Source: Candidatus Levyibacteriota bacterium
GTDB taxonomy: Bacteria; Patescibacteriota; Microgenomatia; Levybacterales; UBA12049
DNA: 50,845 nucleotides
Assembly (NCBI GenBank): GCA_016188975.1
Contig: JACPGQ010000003.1
Location: 1-50,845 of the forward strand
Direction of reading: 5' to 3'
The notes beneath the pieces were generated by a model. It ran no database searches. It was given only the letters and a program-made list of their open reading frames with translations, and was not told the origin of the DNA. Both the position numbers and the translations under genes were made by a program. Below are positions 37,393 to 47,288 of this stretch, piece by piece (position 1 is the first letter of the stretch; each line of letters starts with the position of its first letter).

Positions 37393-37500
37393 TTTCCCTG
37401 AGGCATTGATCGAAGGGTCATTGCGAGGAGGTTCGCCGAAGGCGACCGACGAAGCAATCTCAATACAATGTCATTGCAAACGTAGTGAAAAATCTGTTTA
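37393..37500. repeat. Cluster of palindromic element remnants
   Basis: CCCTGAG...TCGAAGGG, GTCATTGCGAG...GAAGCAATCT with nested TCGCCGAAGGCGA, and a second GTCATTGC. Confidence 0.7.
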
Positions 37501-37572
37501 AATTCCATGTGAAGGCAGTGATAACAAAGTAAACGTCAAAAACTTAGCAAAAATATACGACTAACTACTTGG

Positions 37573-37598
37573 TGACCAGTATACATGTATACTGGTCA
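37573..37598. repeat. 26-bp perfect palindrome TGACCAGTATACATGTATACTGGTCA (intergenic)
   Basis: Recurs at 42587, 44850 and 48888. Confidence 0.95.
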
Positions 37599-37621
37599 AA
37601 AATACTCACCGCTGTACGAAA

Positions 37622-38167
37622 TCAAATAACCCTTAGTTTCGGCCAAATCGTTAACCACCTTTTATCAGTAATTCTTTTTTCAAACAGTTTTTTGGGGATT
37701 TTTGCAAGTATATTTTGTCGAATGACTAACTCTACTAAATCATCAATTCCCAAAGGTGCAGCAAGAATTAACTTTCCTTTTTTATCAAGCCGCACTCCGA
37801 CGCACGTCGCGGTCTCAATCCACCTCGACAATCCATCTTCTGCATTTTTATATGGCTCGTCACCACGAACTAGCGCCATTCGCGCCTGATTTTTAACAGA
37901 CCATGGAAGGTCGGGTCGGAGTTTTTTTAACTGTTGCTCAATCCGCTTTTCATCTTTCTCTCCAACATTCTTTTCGTCGAAATAAATAACGTCGATATCA
38001 TTTAGAGGAGTGCTCTCCTTATATCCATGCAGGACGTCCCAGACTTTATTCCGTACAAACCCCGCCCCTATCGACCAATCAGGAAGTCTTAGAGAAACAA
38101 CAGCAGAGAGCACTTCCATCATCCATGAATCGTCTTGAACTGCCTGAAGTATTTCTCTTTGCGTCAT
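37622..38167 (-). CDS. Nucleotidyltransferase family protein (DUF925-like)
   Basis: GAGFVRNKVWD, DIDVIYFD, WSVKNQARM, ETATCVGVR. Confidence 0.88.
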   Translation of the reverse strand: MTQREILQAVQDDSWMMEVLSAVVSLRLPDWSIGAGFVRNKVWDVLHGYKESTPLNDIDVIYFDEKNVGEKDEKRIEQQLKKLRPDLPWSVKNQARMALVRGDEPYKNAEDGLSRWIETATCVGVRLDKKGKLILAAPLGIDDLVELVIRQNILAKIPKKLFEKRITDKRWLTIWPKLRVI

Positions 38168-38469
38168 GGATTACTTGTAGCTATTTGGTATAAACGTAAC
38201 GGGGACCATAATTACGCAACCTTGCTTTCCTCCCTATCCAAAAAGATAGCGCCACGTGACTCGTGCGTGAGCTTTCTCCACTTCATACTGAGGAGAAAAA
38301 ATGAACGTAATCAGGTAAACACCTTTGCGTACATATATATCACTATAGTAGCTAGAATTTCGAGGGGAATCCAGTGCAAATTTTCATCCCAGTTGATACT
38401 CTAGTAAGTAAGAGAGAATAAACTATAGGTTGAAGTAAATCGTCAAATGAACTATAATTGTTACAGAGC

Positions 38470-39636
38470 ATGAGCAAAACAATTGAGGCTGGGAGTACAC
38501 TCTTACAGCAACCCAGAATAGAGGTCGTTTACCTGACATACCCACCAAGCACGCCCGAGCAAGAAACTCAATGGAGACGGGCATTTGTTGCTACCATTCC
38601 CTCACCTGACGCGTTTCCCATTATTGAACGAAGAATTATGGAGCATGCAGTTGATGCCCTCCTCCAAAGAAGAGATTTTACTACATCAGAGGCGTCACGT
38701 GCTGCATATGAATCCCCTGACACAAACCCGCAATATGTTCGCAACATGAAAAGAGCACTCAATACACGACTAGGTGTCAGTAGCTTGTCGCTTACGACCA
38801 TAGAGCCTTCAAACCCAAAAAGAGAAGCGACTACCCGCCTCACACCGACCGGATATGATCCGCATACGCCCTTCCCCGACGCAATTGCCAAACGAATCGT
38901 ACAACTAGCAACCGGTGAGATTGTCAACACAAACCGTGAGAGAAAAAATAAGAACCGCGCTCTTCAGAGAGTTTTTAGCGAAAATCCAACGTCTCAGGAG
39001 TTGGCCTATGTTGCAGCTTTCTTTACCTCGCATGATAGGCTTAAGGAAGTTCCAGAAGCATATCGGCCATTACTGGCTCTTACTCGCGACCGTTTTATGG
39101 CGCAAAGACTATTTACAACAGAGAATGCTGCAGAGGCACTCCTGCAAGATACGACCACCTCGTCAATAGCACTTACTCGCGAAGCACGCCATGTGCTTAA
39201 TCGTTTCCTGAAAGGATACAACCTTGTCATCAGCAACACAAATCACGCTCCGAATCCACATAGTCCTCATACGTATCGACTTGCGATACGAGATAGTGAT
39301 TTGATCAATTTTTCAGTCGCCACCGCATTAAAACCGCTTGATTCACAGCCCCTCAGTGAACTCGAAGCCAGAGCACTCTCTCTCATACAAAACTCTCAGT
39401 CAGGCAAAACCTCATCAACCATTTGTGTACGACTCTTTGGCCAGAACGGCATCAAAAAAGTTGGCCTCGTCGCTGAGACCTTGCTCTCTCTAAGAATCAG
39501 AGGATTGATAGGAGTCTCCCAGAATGAAAAACACCAAAATATCTATACGAGTATCCCTCAAGGGAGAGTGCTACAAGAAGGAGTTGATGAACTACTACCA
39601 GCTTCCTCCGCCTCCTCCACCGAAACCGCCGCCTGA
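38470..39636 (+). CDS. Hypothetical protein
   Basis: Long ORF of about 388 aa, no recognised motif. Confidence 0.6.
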   Translation: MSKTIEAGSTLLQQPRIEVVYLTYPPSTPEQETQWRRAFVATIPSPDAFPIIERRIMEHAVDALLQRRDFTTSEASRAAYESPDTNPQYVRNMKRALNTRLGVSSLSLTTIEPSNPKREATTRLTPTGYDPHTPFPDAIAKRIVQLATGEIVNTNRERKNKNRALQRVFSENPTSQELAYVAAFFTSHDRLKEVPEAYRPLLALTRDRFMAQRLFTTENAAEALLQDTTTSSIALTREARHVLNRFLKGYNLVISNTNHAPNPHSPHTYRLAIRDSDLINFSVATALKPLDSQPLSELEARALSLIQNSQSGKTSSTICVRLFGQNGIKKVGLVAETLLSLRIRGLIGVSQNEKHQNIYTSIPQGRVLQEGVDELLPASSASSTETAA

Positions 39637-41439
39637 AGAGCCGCCCGAGGAAAACCCGCTGCTTTTGGGTGCTGAGGCAATAGCACTGGACATTGAGATT
39701 GCAAAACTATTCATGCTTGAGTTAAATGAAGCGTAATTAAATGGATGCGTGCCATAATACCAACCATTTGCCATATATTTTTCAGGAAGGCCGATATCCT
39801 TCATCGCCTGGGCAAATTTTGCTGTCAAACCAAACAAAATTGCATACGGCAGCACTTCATTAAACAAGTTTTTCTTCTCAAAAAACCGCTGCCTGTACTT
39901 TTCTGCTGATGCAATAAAGAGCTGGTATCCACTAACGCGCCTAAAAAGCTCCCTCCCATGCGCACTTCGCCGTGACATAAATGGTGAAAGTATCAGGAGA
40001 AATAATCCTGTTGCGAGTAACCCAATCCCAAAGTCTGTAACAAAAACACTCTCTCTGGATATTCCGTTGGTCAAAACAAAAAACCCAATCGCTCCGAGAA
40101 TAATGCCAATTATTAAGTACTTCACTCGCATGCTTTCTGGGTTTTTTGGGAAGAGCTTCTGAGTAACCACCCTTTCATACAACGCTTTCTTCACTTGCGC
40201 GAGATCTTCATAAAATGTCCGTTTGAGCGATGAGACTTTTACCTCTTTTTTCCCGTCAAATAATTTGTCAAAGAGCAACGTCTCGTAATGAAGCAATCCG
40301 CTTGCATCAAAGTTCTTCATCTTCAAGGTGTAATCAGTGCTCCCAAATACCCATTTCTTTGGTACTTCAGTTATTGTCAAATATCCACGTGCTGCGAGGT
40401 CAATAATCGTCGCGACCACATCAAGCGTATCTGCACGTTCGTCTGTGAGAACGCCAATTTCTGCAGGACGGAGTTTCTCAGGCGGCTCATACTCTACGAC
40501 AACTGTTTCGTTCTCACCAATGCCTCGTAACCTCTCTCCACTGGGATCATCTAAGACTGATCGGCGGATAAATGAATAATCACGACCATTTCGAAGCCAC
40601 AAGAAAAAAGCTGTACTGACAGCACCAATGAGCATGATCCCGAGGAAAAGTAGTGAGTTTGTCTCAAGCATTTTTTCACCAAAACTCTTCGGCTTAGGAA
40701 CAGTGATAAGTGGAATAACGCCCTTTTCATACCCCGTGACGATTGTTAGTCCTTCATGGGGTTGAAGTAAACGTGTTGCAGCATACGTCGCAACGGTTTT
40801 ATCTAACGAGGTTTCGTCTTGACACCCTTCTGTGTACGTTGCATATCCCTGAAAACATGTTATTTGCAGAATCGAACCTTCCTGCATCTTCACTCTGGCA
40901 GTGGCTTTATTGATCGGTACTCCCCACTCGTTACCCGTAACGTTCCAATACAATTCGTCGTAAGTTTCAAAACCTCGCAAAATGCCTTTGGCGGTGTATG
41001 AGATGTGATACGTGTGTTTGCCGGAAATAGTTTTATTCCCGTCACCAATTTTTATCCTGAGGTTATTTTCATTTCGCTGGATTTCATATTTCGCACCTCG
41101 CTCATCCTGCAAAACAGCATCAACGTTTATTTCTGTGTAATACGGTTGTCCCTCAAGATCGTAAACAACCGGCAGATCACGGTATATACCGTGTTTCTCC
41201 AGAGTCCCAAAATCGATAGCGATATCCTCTGCCATAACCACTTCGCCTGTCTTCATGATGACAAGCTCTGCATGAAATGAGTCAATTACCCAGCCGGTGT
41301 CTTGGGCAAAGACTTGAGGGATAAGTATCCCCACTTCGCTAAAGCTTCCTCCTTCGCACAAGGCTTCGGAAGGACACAGTCGAGGGGCAAGGAAGAGAAA
41401 GATGAGGAGGAATAAAAAAAGACCAAAGCGCCGCCTCAT
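39595..41439 (-). CDS. DUF2207 family membrane protein with a repeat-derived insert in its signal peptide
   Basis: HGIYRDLP, ELYWNVTG, ATIIDLAARGYL, LPYAILFG, GGGFGGGGGGSW. Confidence 0.92.
   Translation of the reverse strand: MRRRFGLFLFLLIFLFLAPRLCPSEALCEGGSFSEVGILIPQVFAQDTGWVIDSFHAELVIMKTGEVVMAEDIAIDFGTLEKHGIYRDLPVVYDLEGQPYYTEINVDAVLQDERGAKYEIQRNENNLRIKIGDGNKTISGKHTYHISYTAKGILRGFETYDELYWNVTGNEWGVPINKATARVKMQEGSILQITCFQGYATYTEGCQDETSLDKTVATYAATRLLQPHEGLTIVTGYEKGVIPLITVPKPKSFGEKMLETNSLLFLGIMLIGAVSTAFFLWLRNGRDYSFIRRSVLDDPSGERLRGIGENETVVVEYEPPEKLRPAEIGVLTDERADTLDVVATIIDLAARGYLTITEVPKKWVFGSTDYTLKMKNFDASGLLHYETLLFDKLFDGKKEVKVSSLKRTFYEDLAQVKKALYERVVTQKLFPKNPESMRVKYLIIGIILGAIGFFVLTNGISRESVFVTDFGIGLLATGLFLLILSPFMSRRSAHGRELFRRVSGYQLFIASAEKYRQRFFEKKNLFNEVLPYAILFGLTAKFAQAMKDIGLPEKYMANGWYYGTHPFNYASFNSSMNSFAISMSSAIASAPKSSGFSSGGSSGGGFGGGGGGSW
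41329..41392. repeat. Nested palindromic insert inside a CDS
   Basis: CCCACTTCGCTAAAGCTTC[..]GAGGGGCAAGG carrying the reverse complement of CTGTGTCCTTCCGAAG..CGAAGGAGG (also at 27061 and 29483). Confidence 0.8.
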
Positions 41440-41463
41440 ATTTGCATTGTAGCACATGAGTAG

Positions 41464-41943
41464 CTACGCTTGAGACGATTGTGGCAATGCAGGAGGAAAA
41501 ATATTCTGCAACATTGTAACTATACCTCTCTTTTCGTGATCTTTTAATGTGATATCTAGCTCTGCATTTGTCTCGCAGTCATGCGTTGCATTCCAAGGAT
41601 CTGAAAAACGAGAAACTCCTAGTTCTCCAGTAGGCTTCTCAAAAAAAACTAGATCAACATATCCTTCATTGTCTTCTATTGAGAGAGTTAAAGAGTCATT
41701 TTGATCGTAAAAATCACCTGAGATTTCAACCGATGACTTTCCATAATTTAGCAACCAACTTCCTGTATCAGCATATTTCTCAGCTCTTCTCACCGTTTGC
41801 ATTCCACGTAAGACACTTGCGACGTTGTCTGGAGTAATATATCCTGCGGCAAGATGGGAAAGAAACGTAAGCTGAGCGGCAACGCTCTGTCTTGTTGGAA
41901 CTGGTGCAACGAATTCTGCAGGCAGCGGTATTTGTTCACCCAT
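41464..41943 (-). CDS. Hypothetical protein
   Basis: ORF of about 159 aa from MGEQ. Confidence 0.55.
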   Translation of the reverse strand: MGEQIPLPAEFVAPVPTRQSVAAQLTFLSHLAAGYITPDNVASVLRGMQTVRRAEKYADTGSWLLNYGKSSVEISGDFYDQNDSLTLSIEDNEGYVDLVFFEKPTGELGVSRFSDPWNATHDCETNAELDITLKDHEKRGIVTMLQNIFPPALPQSSQA

Positions 41944-42051
41944 AAATGGAATATTAACGAGAATAGGCCAGTATGTCAAGAAGATATGCTGCTAAGACTA
42001 ATATACATGTATATCAGTCTTATAGATCGATTGCTAAATAAATGCTGGGAG

Positions 42052-42585
42052 TTAATTTTCTTTTATCGAAACTGCTGAATAGATTGCTTTGAGAAATCTG
42101 GAGGGTTCGGTGGCAAGAAGTTCTGGCGGTTTAAATCCTGACTCGTGACATATTGTTTTAAAAGTTTCAAAAGAAAAGGGGTGTGGAACCCAGAGATTGC
42201 CATGATCAACATTGTATTCGACGATCAGTAACTTCCCCTTTGACTTGAGGTATTGTTTTAATTGCTTCAAAATGCCGACTCGGTCTTCGACGAAATGCAA
42301 TGAATTTGCAGCGAGGATGCCATCAAGAGGTGGAAGATCAAGATGTTTTGTAAAATCCGAAGAGATGTAATGAATATTCGTCCCAGGAAATTGCTGATCA
42401 AACGCTTCTTTTTGTTTTCTTAAACTTCCAGCATTCTTATCGATTGAAAAGATCTCAACTTCCTGGCCCACGACATCGCGAAGTGCTAAAGTGAACGCAC
42501 CCTCACCAGATCCCAGATCAGCCCAAACTTGCTTTCCAGGTTTAATCGCCTTTAGAATCAATCGCACATGGTCCTTATGAACCAT
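42052..42585 (-). CDS. Class I SAM-dependent methyltransferase
   Basis: WADLGSGEG, DGILAANSLHF, LIVEY. Confidence 0.9.
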   Translation of the reverse strand: MVHKDHVRLILKAIKPGKQVWADLGSGEGAFTLALRDVVGQEVEIFSIDKNAGSLRKQKEAFDQQFPGTNIHYISSDFTKHLDLPPLDGILAANSLHFVEDRVGILKQLKQYLKSKGKLLIVEYNVDHGNLWVPHPFSFETFKTICHESGFKPPELLATEPSRFLKAIYSAVSIKEN

Positions 42586-42586
42586 A

Positions 42587-42611
42587 TGACCAGTATACAT
42601 GTATACTTGGT
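42587..42611. repeat. CCAGTATACATGTATACTGG palindrome, copy with a 1-nt insertion
   Basis: TGACCAGTATACATGTATACTTGGT immediately upstream of the methyltransferase start. Confidence 0.9.
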
Positions 42612-42637
42612 AGGACAGATAAAATTAGAGAGGATGC

Positions 42638-43207
42638 TTATGCTGAGAGCTCATCGTCGTTGACTTCTTCTATTGACCCAAAGGTGTCTTTATGCTCATC
42701 AACGTTCGGCAGCAATCCTTCAAGGATACGAAGGTAGCGCATCGGGTTGTGGACTGCGTAGAGGTCAGCCATTTTAGAAAGTCGCCAATCAAAGATACTC
42801 ACTGTACCGTAGTTGAGAACACGACCTAAAACGCTTTGAGTAATTTTCACCTGTTTCACATTTTGAATGCCGTACTTATCAACTTTTTTAAAAAACACTC
42901 CTCTTTTATGCGCGATATTGTAGGCAGAAATTTCGTAATATTCCGAGACCCACTGCAAAACGACATACACTGTCAGGCAAGACTCGATAATCGTCACTGC
43001 GATAAGACCTGCGATTCCAAATGCTGGATTATTCACGTCGAGTAACTCAAGTAAATGAAATGAGGAGAGTATATAGTAGAGAGCAACCAATGCAATTGTC
43101 GTGAAAGAATCTGCAAAAATCAGCTTCATCACAAGAAACGATATGCTCAGCCGGACATTGACGTGGTCGACGCTGATTTTCTTGGTCTCTTTCTCTTGTG
43201 GTGCCAT
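42638..43207 (-). CDS. Membrane protein with a bacterial PH domain
   Basis: Two TM helices, then YEI...RGVF...QSVLGRVLNYGTV. Confidence 0.8.
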   Translation of the reverse strand: MAPQEKETKKISVDHVNVRLSISFLVMKLIFADSFTTIALVALYYILSSFHLLELLDVNNPAFGIAGLIAVTIIESCLTVYVVLQWVSEYYEISAYNIAHKRGVFFKKVDKYGIQNVKQVKITQSVLGRVLNYGTVSIFDWRLSKMADLYAVHNPMRYLRILEGLLPNVDEHKDTFGSIEEVNDDELSA

Positions 43208-43282
43208 TAATTTCAATCGTAAATCGAAGTGTCGAAAAAAACAAGGAGGAGTATAGTAAGCATTCAGTTCTTTCCAATAGGT

Positions 43283-43365
43283 TGTCATTTCGAGGTCGCC
43301 TGAGGCGACTGAGAAATCCCTTCAGGGTGAACCCCAGGAGATCTCTCGCTACGCTCGAGATGACA
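43283..43365. repeat. Complete intergenic GTCAT...ATGAC element
   Basis: TGTCATTTCGAG...CTCGAGATGACA terminal inverted repeat; internal GTCGCC-TGA-GGCGAC. Confidence 0.9.
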
Positions 43366-43406
43366 CATTCACCAGAAAGAACTGAATACGTACGGAGTTA
43401 TAGGGG

Positions 43407-43917
43407 TTACTGGACGATCAGCTTGCCGACCATGCCCTGCTGGCGGTGGTTACCAACTGAGCAGTAGTATTCAAACGTACCTGCTTGATCAGCATCGTCT
43501 CGCTCTGGCCTGCCTGAAGCTGCTTGGTTTTTGCATTAAATTCGTCAATAATAAAATCGTGGAAACCACCTTTGTTTGTGAGTGTTATTTTTACCGTATC
43601 TCCCTTATTTACCGTAATCGTGGCTGGATTAAACTTAAAACTGCTTGCTTCAACGGTAAACTCCTTGACTTCGCCCTCAGCTTCACCCATCGCTGCTCCG
43701 CTTGGTGAGGCTTCTTCGGTCACCTTAACTACTGCGCCTTCTGCAGTCGTTGGAGATGGTTGAGCGGCTTGGGAATCACAGGAGTAGCGCTTCTTCTCCC
43801 CATAAGGACGATGAAACCGATAACGCCGACGACAATCAGGACAAAAAGCCCGATAAGCATCATGTTCTTGTTGCCGCCCGACTGCGAAGCAGGAGGGGTA
43901 GATGTATTCTCGTCCAT
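43407..43917 (-). pseudogene. Membrane-anchored cupredoxin (plastocyanin-like), two frameshifts
   Basis: Three segments in different frames: TM N-terminus; KFNPATITVNKGD...HDF; ADQAGTFEYYCSVGNHRQQGMVGKLIVQ (Cu ligands C, H, M). Confidence 0.85.
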
Positions 43918-43970
43918 GTGACAATTACTATACTACAGCAAAATTGTTTTTGTCAACAGAACAGTATTTT

Positions 43971-44076
43971 CGTAACAGTTCACTCTTCTGAGCGAAGCGC
44001 TACCGCCACGATTTTGTCATTTCGATGGTCCAGGCGAAGCGCTAACGCTGGACCTGAGAAATCCCCTGGAGATGAC
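43971..44076. repeat. 55-bp repeat copy 2 running into a GTCAT...ATGAC element
   Basis: 53/55 identical to 29386-29440; internal GGTCCAG...CTGGACC hairpin. Confidence 0.9.
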
Positions 44077-44080
44077 AATT

Positions 44081-44215
44081 TCAATCGCTAATTGGCACAA
44101 CCGGACCACGCAAAAGCGTCGATTCCTTGAGTGTATTCCAGTTTAGAAGCATGTATGTACAAATAAACAAAATCAGCCCAATCAAAATCACAACAGCTAT
44201 AATTTCTCGCTTCAT
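44081..44215 (-). CDS. Small single-TM hypothetical protein (44 aa)
   Basis: MKREIIAVVILIGLILF..., with TGGTATACT just upstream. Confidence 0.5.
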   Translation of the reverse strand: MKREIIAVVILIGLILFICTYMLLNWNTLKESTLLRGPVVPISD

Positions 44216-44232
44216 ATTCAAAGTATACCAAT

Positions 44233-45540
44233 CTAAGATGGGTGCACGTATCGATACGTGATTACAATCGTTGTGAGGAGAAAGAAGATAAAGTAAAGAA
44301 AACTCAATCTTCCAAACCAAACATCTTTCTTGAAAAGAAAAAGCAGAATGAGGGGCAAGAAAAGAAGACCGAGTAATACTCGATACGTCAGGGATGAAAA
44401 CCCAAAATATGGTTCAAAGAAATACTGAATCTGTGAGATACCCACAAGAAAACAGACGATCAAAAAAGCAACATTCTTCTTCTTCAAAACGTCAATGACA
44501 AATATTGCTGTCGCAATTACCATGAATGGAAACATCGGAATCATGTACCACCCACTTTGCCCTGCCTGAGAAAGTGATGAAAGAAGAAAGAGAAAATACA
44601 CAGTTGCGGGGATAAGGATAAGGAGATGCTTTTTATAATTAAGACTCAAAAACCCAAGTGCCAGAAATCCCACAAAATACCACCCGTCGTAGTAGACTTT
44701 GTTGACAATAACAGGCTGTAACAAAAGCATTTGGAGCGCTTCAGGTCCAATGTCTCGACTCGATTGAAGTGCTTGAATCTCCCAGAATAACTGCCAGTCG
44801 TAGTAGGCTGCATAGATAAATAGCAAACCAACAAAAAACATCCACGTGATGACCAGTATACATGTATACTGGTATTTCACTCTGTTCCAAAGAAAAAGAA
44901 GTACTAAAAAAACAAGGAGTGAAAGCCCCATTATCTTTGTTAGAAAAGTAATGCCCGCAATAACACCAAGAGCTACTACTCTTCTTCTCGTGAGCTTTTT
45001 CTTCCAACGGGAAAAAAGATAGATTGCAAATACAAATAACAGCGCTAATTGGTTCTCAGCCACAGAAACCCGTTGGTTCATGACAAAAATGGTGACTGTT
45101 GAATAAAGAAAGAGCGAAAGAATTGCAACTGAAAACCGGTACTCCCTTTTGACAAAGAAGAAAATGAGTATTCCGGTCAACGTGCTGAGTATAATCGGCA
45201 TCAAGCGGATTGTTGCAAGCTGTTGGGACTCAAATGCGGCCTGTCCAGAGGCGAGGAGAAAGGATCCCAAGATGAGAGCATATCCTGGCGGATGATCAAA
45301 ATACGGTGAAACGATCGGAAAATATATACCATCAATCGTCAAATCAATCCGCTTCGGGTATGCACGAAACGCGGACCAGGAAACTGGTACTCCTTGTGAC
45401 AATAAGCTTGTCCCCAGAAACGAGTACGTATATTCATCAGACGTCGCGCCTCGCTGGGGAAAATAGGTGTAATGATAAAACCTCACCCAAAGACTGAGAA
45501 AAATGATGAGAATGAAGAGAAGTTTTTGGAAAAATGTCAT
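44233..45540 (-). CDS. GT-C (ArnT/PMT-like) glycosyltransferase
   Basis: Polytopic; DE motif (TSDEY), DHPP, LTK. Confidence 0.8.
   Translation of the reverse strand: MTFFQKLLFILIIFLSLWVRFYHYTYFPQRGATSDEYTYSFLGTSLLSQGVPVSWSAFRAYPKRIDLTIDGIYFPIVSPYFDHPPGYALILGSFLLASGQAAFESQQLATIRLMPIILSTLTGILIFFFVKREYRFSVAILSLFLYSTVTIFVMNQRVSVAENQLALLFVFAIYLFSRWKKKLTRRRVVALGVIAGITFLTKIMGLSLLVFLVLLFLWNRVKYQYTCILVITWMFFVGLLFIYAAYYDWQLFWEIQALQSSRDIGPEALQMLLLQPVIVNKVYYDGWYFVGFLALGFLSLNYKKHLLILIPATVYFLFLLSSLSQAGQSGWYMIPMFPFMVIATAIFVIDVLKKKNVAFLIVCFLVGISQIQYFFEPYFGFSSLTYRVLLGLLFLPLILLFLFKKDVWFGRLSFLYFIFFLLTTIVITYRYVHPS
44852..44873. repeat. 22-bp perfect palindrome inside the glycosyltransferase CDS
   Basis: ACCAGTATACATGTATACTGGT, read as YQYTCILV. 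Confidence 0.9.
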
Positions 45541-45591
45541 ACCAATATCCTATGCTATCGCCTCTTTAGGAAATTGGCAAGAATAATAGTC

Positions 45592-46641
45592 TCATTCACT
45601 AGTGGGGGTTGATGTCGGCTTTGAAAATGTTGAGCGGTAAAAGTCAATACTTCTTAATACGGCAAGCGGCCAACTGCCGTTATTGAAGTTATGGTTTTCT
45701 CCAGGGTAAATAAAATACTCATGTTTAATTTCCTTTTCCGTCAACAATGCATCAAACTGATCCGACCAGCGCTGAGGTACTGCCTCATCGGCTGATCCCT
45801 GATTGAGCTGAAGCGGCGCATTAATCCATGACAGATATTTTGTCACCGAATAGTTGTAGACATCATAGTCGCGCTCAAAATCGGCAACAACTTTTCGAAG
45901 CGCCTTGCCTTCATCATCAAACTCATCAGTAAAATACAATATGTTATACGGGAATGGTTTTGAGACGGGAGCCCAGAGCACGGTAGGAATCGGCTTTCCC
46001 GTAATCGCAAGGATACTGAGTGCGATCTGCCCGCCGTTACTATGTGCCCATATACCGATCTTATTGATATCTGCTTTTTGAGTAATCGTATCATTTTTAC
46101 TTATGACTTGATTCAGAGTTTGCACAGACGACATGATTGAAAGAGCAGTCGTATAGGTTTGAAACCGTTCTTCAATTGATTTTTCAGAAGGCATGTCTGA
46201 TTCACCATACCCTAAGAAATCAGGAGCGAGTGTGATAAAACCATTGCGAGCAAACTCCTCTGCAGTCCTTCGTGTTCCTTCACCGGATGTGAACTGTTCC
46301 CGCTCGACAAATCCACGAAACATCACAATGACTGGGAACGTCTCTTCTTCTCTCGGCAAATTCAAAAGCCCACTGACTTTCTTATCACCATCATGAAAGT
46401 AAAACATGTACGAGGTGAACTCTTCATCCTTTTTCACGACGTCACCGAGTGTAATAGATCCTGCAGAAACCTTTGCGATCCTGAGGCGTTCAAATGAGTA
46501 CTTTGCGAGAGGCTTCTCAAAAATCGTTTTTTCCTTGGCAACAGGATTCACGATCCTGTCGGTGATAGTGTTTTTAAAAACGTACAAAAGAGCTGCAACG
46601 GAAAGAGATACTACGAAGATGAGCAGAAAGAGTTTTACCAT
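45592..46641 (-). CDS. Alpha/beta hydrolase (S9 peptidase-like)
   Basis: PDFLGYG, WAHSNGG nucleophile elbow, DEAVP, ENHN. Confidence 0.88.
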   Translation of the reverse strand: MVKLFLLIFVVSLSVAALLYVFKNTITDRIVNPVAKEKTIFEKPLAKYSFERLRIAKVSAGSITLGDVVKKDEEFTSYMFYFHDGDKKVSGLLNLPREEETFPVIVMFRGFVEREQFTSGEGTRRTAEEFARNGFITLAPDFLGYGESDMPSEKSIEERFQTYTTALSIMSSVQTLNQVISKNDTITQKADINKIGIWAHSNGGQIALSILAITGKPIPTVLWAPVSKPFPYNILYFTDEFDDEGKALRKVVADFERDYDVYNYSVTKYLSWINAPLQLNQGSADEAVPQRWSDQFDALLTEKEIKHEYFIYPGENHNFNNGSWPLAVLRSIDFYRSTFSKPTSTPTSE

Positions 46642-46813
46642 GGAAGTGCGTGGTGTATACTATACCACTTCGCTTTGATTTTGCGAAATTTAGTATATAC
46701 CTTCGTAGCAATCAAAATGATATTATGTTTGCGGCGTAGTTCTCGCACTCGGAAATCAAAGCTTCGCTGGGTATTTAACTGTGGATTTTGATTGCGAAGA
46801 GGTATAACAGAAA

Positions 46814-47200
46814 ATGAAACCAATTACTATAATCACGCATAAAAAGGATGAAGTTGTTGATATCACTGATGAGGTGGAGAAAGTACTTCGCGAACAGTCA
46901 AAAGAAGATGGAGTGTGTTTGATTCACGCCCTTCATACAACCTGCTGTATTACAACAGCTGATTTAGATCCGGGAACTGACAAAGATCTTCTCGACTTTC
47001 TCAGAGCTATAGAACCAAAACTCACCTACCGCCATCCTCATAATCCAGAACACACTCCTGATCACCTCATCTCTTCTATCATCGGTCCGTCGATTAGCAT
47101 TCCGTTCCAAAACAAAAAGCTACTTCTCGGCACGTGGCAACGGGTCATCCTCATCGAACTCGACGGGCCGAGAGAAAGAGTGATAACAGTTACCGTTTGA
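46814..47200 (+). CDS. YjbQ/UPF0047 family protein
   Basis: HTTC, LLLGTWQ...ELDGPR. Confidence 0.9.
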   Translation: MKPITIITHKKDEVVDITDEVEKVLREQSKEDGVCLIHALHTTCCITTADLDPGTDKDLLDFLRAIEPKLTYRHPHNPEHTPDHLISSIIGPSISIPFQNKKLLLGTWQRVILIELDGPRERVITVTV

Positions 47201-47288
47201 GACACACATTCTTTTGAAAACCCACATCTCTACGCTATTGCGTATAATTGTGAAATTATGTGTTAGTAGTTCTCGAAAAAAGAAACCT

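Noticed and set aside
43407..43917. Programmed frameshifting in the cupredoxin gene
   Set aside because: No slippery run at the junctions and residues appear to be missing, which fits deletions.
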